A stretch of 25,656 nt of DNA, taken from the NCBI GenBank assembly GCA_029863105.1, contig JAOTWC010000001.1:1-25656 (forward strand), in the 5' to 3' direction. A program made the translations under genes and the position numbers. Each line of letters opens with the position of its first letter. Position 1 is the first letter of the stretch. Shown one piece after another: positions 1 through 7,589 of this stretch. The stretch is from Gemmatimonadota bacterium. Its GTDB lineage: Bacteria; Gemmatimonadota; Gemmatimonadetes; Palauibacterales; Palauibacteraceae. The notes below the pieces were generated by a model, which saw only the letters and a program-made list of their open reading frames with translations, was not told where the DNA came from and did not search any database.

Positions 1-11
1 CGTCTGGACCT

Positions 12-950
12 GTGGGCATTGCGGAAGGGTGCATACGGATTCCGCTCCCCGATCCGTTTGTTCCGGGTGTTACGTGCGTCTTCGTGATGGGTCCCGAAGA
101 GTCCCCGTGGCTGCTGGACACGGGGGCCGACACGCCGGAGTGCGAAGCCGCGTTGCGCGACAAACTCTCGGCGGCTGGTTTCGTACTGGAATCGATGCCG
201 GTCGTCCTGTCGCACACCCACCTGGACCATGCCGGCGGCCTGCTGAGATATCGACCCCCGCAGCTCACGGTTCATGCCCGCGCAATCGAGGAGATGCGAG
301 CAGTCCGCCCGCGGTCCAGCCGTGGCCCCGAAGCCCTGCGGCGCATGGGAGTACCGGACACCGAAATCGGCGCTCTGGCTCCGGCCGGCGAGCCCGTCCA
401 CGGAACACCGTTCGCAGACCTCCCGGTCGATCGAACGCTGACGGGGGAGGCTGGAAGACTGCCGGCGCCCGAGGGTTGGGAATGGTTGTTGGCGGAGGGA
501 CACGCCCCCGGACATCTCCTGCTGTTCGACACGGTAACGCGGACGCTGCTTGCCGGTGATCAATTCCTGTTCAAGTGGAAGACGCCGCTGATCGTTTCCG
601 ACCCCGACTTCGACAGCCTTGGCGCGTACGTGGCTTCGATCCGCGCGGCCCGAGAAAGGGAGCCCGCCCGGATCTGCTCGAGTCACATGGAGACGATGCA
701 CAACCCGGGCGCATGGCTGAATGAGACCGAAGCGTCGATCAACCGCCGGCTCGAGCGCATTGCCGGCGCGGTGGCAGGCGGCGGGCAGACGGCCCACGAG
801 GTACTCGGGACCCTGTACCCGCAGGCGCGCGAGGGTCCGTTGCGCATCGTGTTCCTGCGGGAGACGCTGGCGATGATGCGGCACCTGGCGGCGAGAGGCG
901 AACTCGTTCGTGCCGATCGAGCAGGCGTCGAAGAGTTCGCGACCGCCTGA
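12..950 (+). CDS. MBL-fold metallo-hydrolase (may extend 5' of the window)
   Basis: Metallo-beta-lactamase motifs LLDTG, SHTHLDH (HxHxDH), GHAPGH and AGD. The frame is open back to the window edge, so the GTG start at 12 is uncertain. Confidence 0.85.
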   Translation: MGIAEGCIRIPLPDPFVPGVTCVFVMGPEESPWLLDTGADTPECEAALRDKLSAAGFVLESMPVVLSHTHLDHAGGLLRYRPPQLTVHARAIEEMRAVRPRSSRGPEALRRMGVPDTEIGALAPAGEPVHGTPFADLPVDRTLTGEAGRLPAPEGWEWLLAEGHAPGHLLLFDTVTRTLLAGDQFLFKWKTPLIVSDPDFDSLGAYVASIRAAREREPARICSSHMETMHNPGAWLNETEASINRRLERIAGAVAGGGQTAHEVLGTLYPQAREGPLRIVFLRETLAMMRHLAARGELVRADRAGVEEFATA

Positions 951-955
951 TCGGC

Positions 956-2209
956 TCAGTTCACCTGCGCGGTATCTCCTCCATATCGGCGCGCGACGTA
1001 GTCCTCGAGGATCGCGATGAACTGCTCGACGATGTCGCCACCTCTCAGCGTCATGGCCGGTTCACCGTCGACGAACACCGGGGCGATGGGCTCCTCGGAT
1101 GTGCCTGGAAGCGAGATACCGATGTCGGCGTGCCGGGACTCCCCGGGGCCGTTTACCACGCACCCCATCACCGCCACGGAGAGCGACTCGACACCGGGGT
1201 GTGTCGACCGCCATTCGGGCATGCGCTCCCGGAGAAATGTCTGAATGTCGAGCGCCATTTCCTGAAAAAACGTGCTGGTCGTTCTGCCGCAACCCGGGCA
1301 GGCAGTAACCTGCGGCTCGAAGCTGCGAATACCCAGTGACTGCAGGATCTGCCGTGCGACCCTGACCTCTTCCGTTCGGTCGCCGCCCGGCATCGGCGTG
1401 AGCGAGACGCGAATCGTATCCCCGATGCCTTCAAACAGCAGCATCGCCAACCCCGCCGAACTCGCAACCGTCCCTTTGCGACCCATCCCCGCTTCGGTCA
1501 GGCCGAGATGCAGCGGGTAGTCGCACAGCGGTGCCAGTGAGCGATAGACAGCCACGAGATCGCGGACGCCCGACACCTTGGCACTCAGGATGATTCTGTC
1601 GTGAGGCAGGCCAATCCTCTCTGCCGCCCGGGCCGAACGAAGGGCGCTCTCGACCATGGCCGCCATCGTGACCTCATGCGCCTCACGCGGTTTCGTCAGC
1701 GCCGCGTTTTCGTCCATCATGCGGGTGAGCAGGACCTGGTCGAGAGAGCCCCAGTTGACGCCGATTCGAACCGGCTTCCCATGCTCGATCGCACACTCGA
1801 TGATGCGCGCGAAGTTTTCGTCCCAGCGCTTGCTGCCAACGTTGCCCGGGTTGATGCGGTACTTGGCGAGCGCCGCGGCGCAGTCGACGTTGCCCGGCAG
1901 CAGGAGGTGTCCGTTGAAGTGGAAGTCGCCGATGAGCGGCACGGTGACGCCATGGGCGTCCAGCCGGGCGACGATCTCGGGGACGGCACGGGCGGCAGCC
2001 GGTGTATTCACCGTGACCCGAACCAGCTCACTGCCCGCCTCGACCAGCGACAGCACCTGAGCCGTCGTAGCCTCTATGTCCGCCGTGTCCGTGCTCGTCA
2101 TCGACTGGACGACGACCGGATGGTCGCCGCCAATGGGCACATTCCCGACGTAAGCCGTTACCGTCGATCGACGCGCGGGCCTGTTCAACCGGATTTCAGG
2201 GTGGGTCAT
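956..2209 (-). CDS. ispG: (E)-4-hydroxy-3-methylbut-2-enyl-diphosphate synthase (MEP pathway)
   Basis: VQSMT, ADFHF-like [39 protein letters not shown], and 4Fe-4S cysteines CPGCGRT and GCVVNGPGE. Start moved to ATG 2209 (MTHPE), preceded by AGGTGG. Confidence 0.97.
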   Translation of the reverse strand: MTHPEIRLNRPARRSTVTAYVGNVPIGGDHPVVVQSMTSTDTADIEATTAQVLSLVEAGSELVRVTVNTPAAARAVPEIVARLDAHGVTVPLIGDFHFNGHLLLPGNVDCAAALAKYRINPGNVGSKRWDENFARIIECAIEHGKPVRIGVNWGSLDQVLLTRMMDENAALTKPREAHEVTMAAMVESALRSARAAERIGLPHDRIILSAKVSGVRDLVAVYRSLAPLCDYPLHLGLTEAGMGRKGTVASSAGLAMLLFEGIGDTIRVSLTPMPGGDRTEEVRVARQILQSLGIRSFEPQVTACPGCGRTTSTFFQEMALDIQTFLRERMPEWRSTHPGVESLSVAVMGCVVNGPGESRHADIGISLPGTSEEPIAPVFVDGEPAMTLRGGDIVEQFIAILEDYVARRYGGDTAQVN

Positions 2210-2322
2210 CCTGGTGCCACCTGACGCTCTGACTCGGAAAGCTGTGCTGCTCCGTCCGGACGACCGAAAGTACGGGGCCCTGTGGTCACGTTCCAGCAAA
2301 CGCCAGCCAATACGAGTACCAT

Positions 2323-2356
2323 GCAGAGAGGCCCCGGTTCTCCGGGGCCTCTCTGC
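2323..2356. terminator. Perfect 15-bp GC-rich hairpin (terminator-like, no U-tract)
   Basis: gcagagaggccccgg-ttct-ccggggcctctctgc, about 70 nt downstream of the small ORF stop and upstream of ispG. Confidence 0.55.
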
Positions 2357-2427
2357 TGCCCTCCTGCCGCCGGCTGGTGAGACGGTAGTCGGCTGGCGCG
2401 CGTTACCCGCTTCGCTGTTGAGCGCGC

Positions 2428-2628
2428 TCAGTCGTGTCGGGCATGTTCCTTCTTCAGGTACGCCTTGAACCGGCGCTCGAGACCTCTGCGATCTCGGCGC
2501 ATCTCACGCTCGAACGCCAATCGGTGGGCAAACACCGCATCCTTGAGCCATCGGGTGGTCAGCGCCGGGCGCCAACCGGCGCCTCCCGATCCGACCGTTT
2601 CAACTCCCGGACCTCGAAGCCCAAACAT
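2428..2628 (-). CDS. Small basic hypothetical protein, 66 aa ([66 protein letters not shown])
   Basis: AAGGAGG SD 6 nt before ATG 2628; GC3-biased codons in the distal two thirds; upstream promoter and downstream hairpin. The ORF track starts it at a TTG at 2673. Confidence 0.7.
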   Translation of the reverse strand: MFGLRGPGVETVGSGGAGWRPALTTRWLKDAVFAHRLAFEREMRRDRRGLERRFKAYLKKEHARHD

Positions 2629-2821
2629 CTGGTGCCTCCTTAGTCGCGCGCCGCCCGCACTCCGCGTGGACAATCTTTGGGTCCGCCTATGTACCTCCGC
2701 GCCGTCACCGTAACCTCAATCCTGACGGGTCACTAACGACGCGATCAACGTCGCGAACGGTCGAATTCTCCCCACCAATCCCCTCGAAATCCACCAAATT
2801 CGGCCCGTTTTTCCACGCCAA

Positions 2822-2869
2822 CCGCAATATCTTGGGGTACGGACATGATACACCCACCAGATGTTGTGG
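2822..2869. promoter_or_regulatory. Tandem NrdR-box-like operators (2822-2837 and 2854-2869)
   Basis: Minus-strand reads CCACAACATCTGGTGG and CCCCAAGATATTGCGG, 32 bp start to start. The second differs by 1 nt from the box upstream of nrdJ. Confidence 0.75.
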
Positions 2870-2874
2870 GTCAA
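2845..2874 (-). promoter_or_regulatory. Sigma70-type promoter for the small ORF
   Basis: TTGACC (2874-2869), 18-nt spacer, TATCAT (2850-2845); predicted +1 near 2838. Confidence 0.7.
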
Positions 2875-2880
2875 GTACGG

Positions 2881-2910
2881 TGGACCCTTCGTTGCCCCGA
2901 CAGGTATCCT
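2881..2910 (+). promoter_or_regulatory. Possible divergent sigma70 promoter for the NTF2-like gene
   Basis: TGGACC-N18-TATCCT; the -10 lies within the inverted repeat acagg-tat-cctgt. Confidence 0.3.
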
Positions 2911-2966
2911 GTAGCCGGCGACGCGGACGAAGGCGTCGACGGGTCCTTCCAGCAGGAGGTTGTGTG

Positions 2967-3569
2967 ATGCATGGAGTGCCGGGTGTGTGGGTGAGGATGG
3001 GTGGGGTCGGGGCACTGCTCGCGGCCGTGGCGTGTAGCGTGCCGTCCGCCCTGCAGGCGCAGGACGGGGAGGCGGGCGCAGAGGTCGAGGCTTCGGCCCC
3101 GAAAGCGAATCCCGCCGACGTCGAGTCGATCGATGCGATCCTGACGGCCGTGTACACCGTGATATCGGGTGAGGCGGGCGAAGAGCGTGACTGGGATCGG
3201 TTCCGGTCGCTGTTTATTCCCGAGGCCCGGCTGATACCGACAGGGTACAGACCTGACGGAACGCACGCGTACATCGTGTGGTCTCCGGATCAATACATCG
3301 AGGCGGCTGGCGCTCAGCTCGTGGCCAACGGGTTCTTCGAACAGGAAGAACACCGGGTGACAGAGCAGTGGGAGGATATCGCCCATGCGTTCAGCACCTA
3401 CAATTCCTACCGAACCGAGGCGGACATGGAGGCGGGAACCACCTTCATGCGAGGAATCAACAGCTTTCAACTGATGTGGGACGGCGAACGGTGGTGGGTC
3501 GTTTCCATCATGTGGGAGGCCGAGGGCCCCGATCGCCCGTTGACCGAGGGGTATCTCGGCAAGGACTGA
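2967..3569 (+). CDS. Exported hypothetical protein, NTF2-like/DUF4440-like fold
   Basis: AGGAGG at 2954-2959, 7 nt before ATG 2967; signal peptide ending ALQA-Q; SIDAIL..VY..ISG...DWDRFRSLF and RGINSFQL..DGERWW pattern typical of small NTF2-like proteins. Confidence 0.75.
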   Translation: MHGVPGVWVRMGGVGALLAAVACSVPSALQAQDGEAGAEVEASAPKANPADVESIDAILTAVYTVISGEAGEERDWDRFRSLFIPEARLIPTGYRPDGTHAYIVWSPDQYIEAAGAQLVANGFFEQEEHRVTEQWEDIAHAFSTYNSYRTEADMEAGTTFMRGINSFQLMWDGERWWVVSIMWEAEGPDRPLTEGYLGKD

Positions 3570-3600
3570 TCCAGGTGGTCGCAACCGGCGACGCTCGCCC

Positions 3601-4260
3601 TCATGCTCGCAGCAACGCCTGCAGGACACCCAGCACCGCAGCTGCGGCGGCCGCCACGACCAGGGGTCGCCAGGTGGACCTCGTTTCCTTTCTCGCCTCC
3701 GGAATCAACTCGCGGAGGACCATCCAGCCCATCGCGCCGGCGGCGAAGCCGAACCCTGCGGCGAGGTAGTCTCGAAACTGGAGAACGAACAGAAACGCGG
3801 GTACGGCAAGGAGCGGCTGGGGAATGCTGGAGAAGAAGCTCCACGCGCCCGCCTTCCAGACGGAGACGCCTCGCGGGACGAGCACGAGCGAGATCGCCAG
3901 GCCTTCTGGAATGTTGTGGACGGCGATAGCCAGCGAGATGAACAGACCGAGTTCGGCCCCACCGCCGAACGACACTCCGATTCCTACGCCCTCGGCCACG
4001 GAGTGAATCGTCATCACGCCGACGATCAGCAGGCTCTTTCTGGCGTCGGCACCCCGGAGATCTCCCACGCGCACGCCGTCGAACCGACCGAGCAGCCAGC
4101 GGCTGGCCGCGATGAACAGCAGGCCGGCGACCAGGCCGGCGCCGAGCCGGCCGGGACTCTGGTGCCAGCCCTCGTACACGAGCTGGCCCGAGGCGGCCAG
4201 CATGAGGCCAGCCGCGGCAGCGTTTCCGTACCCGAGCCAATAGCGCCCGGGTTTGGGCAC
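3601..4260 (-). CDS. ZIP (GufA/ZupT-like) divalent metal transporter; true start probably near 4338
   Basis: TIHSVAEG and AVHNIPEGLAI ZIP transport-site motifs and multiple TM helices. The frame stays open upstream and encodes another TM helix (see findings). Confidence 0.9.
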   Translation of the reverse strand: MPKPGRYWLGYGNAAAAGLMLAASGQLVYEGWHQSPGRLGAGLVAGLLFIAASRWLLGRFDGVRVGDLRGADARKSLLIVGVMTIHSVAEGVGIGVSFGGGAELGLFISLAIAVHNIPEGLAISLVLVPRGVSVWKAGAWSFFSSIPQPLLAVPAFLFVLQFRDYLAAGFGFAAGAMGWMVLRELIPEARKETRSTWRPLVVAAAAAAVLGVLQALLRA

Positions 4261-4430
4261 CCACAGGAACGGCAGGGCGCCGAGACCGGTCGCGGCTGCC
4301 GTCAGCAGGGCTAACAGGAATACGTAGAGTAGTTCGATCGGGGTGTCCCGAGATCACAGGAGACGGCGTGCGGCCAGCGTCACCGCGTCTGACAGGCAAC
4401 GGAACAGCCGACCATCGAGCCGGCAAGACG

Positions 4431-6248
4431 TCAGGCCAGCAGAGCGTCCAGTTCCTGCCGTGCCTCCGCCTGCACTTCCGCATCTCGCTCGATGTCGCGG
4501 ACCATTTCGGTGAGGACTCTTTCCTCTTCACCCGGAGCAACGGACCCGGCCGCTCTCGCCCGGGCCATCGCCGCCAGCGCATCCAGCAGCCTCTGAACGA
4601 GCCGGTCGCGCATGCGAGAGACTCTGGCGTGCGCTTCCATCCAGGCGGGCTGGGAGGTTTCGTTTCCTGCCTGCCGCTCGAGCACTCCCAAACTCTCGTC
4701 CAGACCCGCCAGGTCCCGGGCCAGGTGGCTCGCTCCACGCAGCAATTCGGTGAACACGCCGTCCGGCTGCAAGTCCGGGGTCACCGCGCGAAGTTCGCGG
4801 GCCATCCGGACGAAGTCAGCAAGCAGACGACGGGCCGCACCCTCTGGCATGTCCGCCAGAGCGGCCCTGGCCACAGTCTCGGCATCGACGGGGAGGGACG
4901 ACGTCGTGTTGGCAGACAGCAGCGCGGGGTCCTGGCGGCGCAGCACGGCCCAGATCACGGTTGCCGCGAACAGCGGCGTGATGAGCAACATGGCGGGTGA
5001 TGCAACGAAACCTGCAGCGAACCCCGTTGCGATGGCAGTTCCGAGTACCGCCCCCATGGTCGGGGACAGCCGCGCTCCGACACGCGCAGGGTGCGTGATG
5101 CGGATCGGGAGGCCAGACTCTCGCAAGCGACGGGCGGCCCGGTCCGCCACGGCTGCCGGCACTCGGGCAAGCGGCAGATCCCCACACAACGCGGCACTGA
5201 CATCGGACTGCGATCGGTCGTCACCCACGATGTCCGACAGCTGGTCGGCTATGTCCTGACGGTGATTCCGGTCGTCACCGCGTTCGAGGAACAACAGTCG
5301 TTCATTGGCCGGCCGACGGTCGTGTGATCCTGGTCCCAGGCAAGAGCCGCATAGTCCAAGGCCGAATGGATCGGCGGCACCGCACAACAGGCAGACGCGT
5401 CGGCCCGCAGAACTGAGGAAGCCGGATGAGACGTCACCACCCGATTCCAGCACTTCTGACAGAGTACCGGCCGTGGGAAACCGCTGTCCCGGATCTTCAC
5501 GCGTCAGGGTCGCGGTTACGTCGTCCAGCCACGCCGGGATATCCGGGCACTGTGATCGTGGCCGAAAGCCCACCGGTGATGGACTCGGCGGCAGGTGAGC
5601 CGACTTCTGGTTGGGCAGCATTCCCGTCAACGCGAAGTACAGGGTAGTTCCCAGACCATACAGATCCGACCTCGCATCTCCGCGTTCACCGGCCAGGATC
5701 TCGGGAGCCGTGTACGCGATCGTGCCCACCAGGCCGCCGGTCCGGGTCACCGTGCTCATGTCCGTTACGCGGGCCGATCCGAAGTCCGCCAGTCGCGCTC
5801 TGCCGTTCCCGCCGAGGAGCACGTTCTGTGGCTTCACGTCACGATGCAGCACGCCCATCGCATGGGCAGCCTGGAGTGCCGCCGAGATATCCAGGCCGAT
5901 CCGAACGGTTCCGTCTGCCGTCAAGCGTCCCTGGTGAGCTACGCGTCGGGCCAGGTCGGGCCCGTCAACGAATTCCATCACGAGGAATGTCCGTCCGTCC
6001 CGGTCGACGAAATCATGAAGCTGGACGACGTTCGGGTGTGAGAGACCGCGGGCTACGAGCGCCTCCCTGCGCATTCTCTCTTTGGCAACTGCCTCGGCGG
6101 TGGGGGGCGGCACAAGCAGCTTGATGGCTACCGGCGAATCGAGCGTCAGGTCCCTCGCCCGATACACGACGGAGTAACCGCCACGGCCAATCTCTTCCTC
6201 GATTCGGTACCGGTCAGCGAGGACGTGGTCCGCCGCCAGGTGGGTCAC
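4431..6248 (-). CDS. Hanks-type Ser/Thr protein kinase with Cys4 motif, two TM segments and a helical C-terminus
   Basis: IGRGGYSVVY Gly loop, VAIK, HRDVKPQN, DFG, GTIAYTAPE and DLYGLG; CLLC...CGSC at 5340-5393; hydrophobic hairpin near residues 400-437. Confidence 0.93.
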   Translation of the reverse strand: MTHLAADHVLADRYRIEEEIGRGGYSVVYRARDLTLDSPVAIKLLVPPPTAEAVAKERMRREALVARGLSHPNVVQLHDFVDRDGRTFLVMEFVDGPDLARRVAHQGRLTADGTVRIGLDISAALQAAHAMGVLHRDVKPQNVLLGGNGRARLADFGSARVTDMSTVTRTGGLVGTIAYTAPEILAGERGDARSDLYGLGTTLYFALTGMLPNQKSAHLPPSPSPVGFRPRSQCPDIPAWLDDVTATLTREDPGQRFPTAGTLSEVLESGGDVSSGFLSSAGRRVCLLCGAADPFGLGLCGSCLGPGSHDRRPANERLLFLERGDDRNHRQDIADQLSDIVGDDRSQSDVSAALCGDLPLARVPAAVADRAARRLRESGLPIRITHPARVGARLSPTMGAVLGTAIATGFAAGFVASPAMLLITPLFAATVIWAVLRRQDPALLSANTTSSLPVDAETVARAALADMPEGAARRLLADFVRMARELRAVTPDLQPDGVFTELLRGASHLARDLAGLDESLGVLERQAGNETSQPAWMEAHARVSRMRDRLVQRLLDALAAMARARAAGSVAPGEEERVLTEMVRDIERDAEVQAEARQELDALLA

Positions 6249-6259
6249 GTTCTGACGGC

Positions 6260-6832
6260 TCAGCGAATTTGATCCAGAACGAACCGGGCGTTGGTCGTCC
6301 AGCCGTCGTTCTGGTCGTAATGCCGGAGGAAGTCTTCGAGGTACTGCTTGGCCGCCGCCTGTTCTCCGAGCTGATACGAAGAGATGCCTGCGTGATACAG
6401 CGCCATGTAATGATTGGGCCAGAACTCGACGACGAGCTCCATGATCGGGCCCGCCGACAGGTCATCCCCGGCGTCGGCTACGGGATGGCCCACCCCGAAA
6501 ACGATGCCCGCAGCTTTCCAGCGGTCGTCCGCCTTCAGTTCGAGGATCAGCTCGCGAGCCCTGTCGATTTTTCCCGCGAGCGCATAGCAGGCCGCACTGT
6601 ACCCCGTTCCTTCCAGACCCGCCGGCGGCGGATACCACTGCTGTCGCGTCTCGGCTTCGACGCTGTTGCAGTAAGGCTTCGTGGCCTGGAACCAGCTGCC
6701 CGCGTCGCCGGTGAACTGATGTTCGGCACCCGCGGGATGCGCAAACGACCGGCCCGGCATGCGAAGCCCCTGAATGACCATGAACGCACTGACGCCTGCG
6801 AACAGGGCCGATAGAACGATGAGTTTGCGCAC
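6260..6832 (-). CDS. Exported/membrane-anchored TPR-like helical-repeat protein
   Basis: N-terminal hydrophobic MRKLIVLSALFAGVSAFMVI; TPR-like ALYHAGISSYQLGEQAAAKQYLEDFL; AAGGTGA SD before GTG 6832 (ATG 6850 is an alternative). Confidence 0.72.
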   Translation of the reverse strand: MRKLIVLSALFAGVSAFMVIQGLRMPGRSFAHPAGAEHQFTGDAGSWFQATKPYCNSVEAETRQQWYPPPAGLEGTGYSAACYALAGKIDRARELILELKADDRWKAAGIVFGVGHPVADAGDDLSAGPIMELVVEFWPNHYMALYHAGISSYQLGEQAAAKQYLEDFLRHYDQNDGWTTNARFVLDQIR

Positions 6833-7027
6833 GATGTCACCTTCTGCCATGGATCTCCGGGCGAATCCCGCCCTTCTGTCCTGTACGACGATCGTACGTC
6901 CAGAAGATGCACAGGATCCCTCGAGGGAAGTGAAGCAAGATGGGGGCCAAGGTCGGTCCATCCGCGTATCTTGTCCTCGGCATTGTCGGTCACCCCGTAA
7001 AACTGGCCCCTGCGAAAGGAATGATCG

Positions 7028-7540
7028 ATGTCCATGGCCGCCAATCTACTTCCGCGTTTCGACCAGATCGTAGCGAACACGCGGCAGCACCTTGCCGCGA
7101 TACCTGACGACCGCCTCGGTTGGAAGCCCCACGACAAGTCGTGGACCGTCGGCGAGCTCGGCAGCCACCTGGCAAACCTGTCCGGATGGACGATGCCCAC
7201 GCTGGCGCAGGATTCGCTGGATGTCGCGCCGCTGGACGGGGATGGCCCGCCTCCGCAGCCCGAGTACGGATCCTCCGGGGAAATGGTGTCCGTGTTTGAC
7301 GAACTAACGGCCGCTGCGCGTGCGACCATCGCCGGTACGACCGACGAAGGATTCATGGGATCGTGGACCTTGCTCGTCGGCGGTGAACAGCGCTTCTCGA
7401 TGCCGAAGATCGCGGTACTCCAGGAGTTCATCCTGGATCACCTGATCCATCACCGAGGCCAACTCACCGTGTACTTGAGGATGCTCGACATACCGGTTCC
7501 GCAGACCTACGGACCGACGGCGGACTTTCCGGACATGTAG
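7028..7540 (+). CDS. DinB/YfiT-family protein
   Basis: WKPHDKSWT..EL..HL and HLIHHRGQLTVYLR..IPVP..YGP motifs; AAAGGA SD 7 nt upstream. Confidence 0.9.
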   Translation: MSMAANLLPRFDQIVANTRQHLAAIPDDRLGWKPHDKSWTVGELGSHLANLSGWTMPTLAQDSLDVAPLDGDGPPPQPEYGSSGEMVSVFDELTAAARATIAGTTDEGFMGSWTLLVGGEQRFSMPKIAVLQEFILDHLIHHRGQLTVYLRMLDIPVPQTYGPTADFPDM

Positions 7541-7548
7541 GGAGCGTC

Positions 7549-7582
7549 GCTCGGCGCGGTCCCGTTCGAGACCGCGCCGGGC
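7549..7582. terminator. Hairpin between convergent genes
   Basis: cggcgcggtc-N8-gaccgcgccg (10 bp perfect, extendable by 3 bp with one G-U pair). Confidence 0.6.
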
Positions 7583-7589
7583 GGGTAGA

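Noticed and set aside
2434-2643. 69-aa plus-strand ORF and the 2465-2713 ORF opposite the small protein
   Set aside because: No SD and no promoter in that direction; the minus-strand ORF has both.
3467-4738. 423-aa minus-strand ORF overlapping the ZIP gene and kinase end
   Set aside because: Arg/Pro-rich alternative-frame shadow of GC-rich genes with no motifs.
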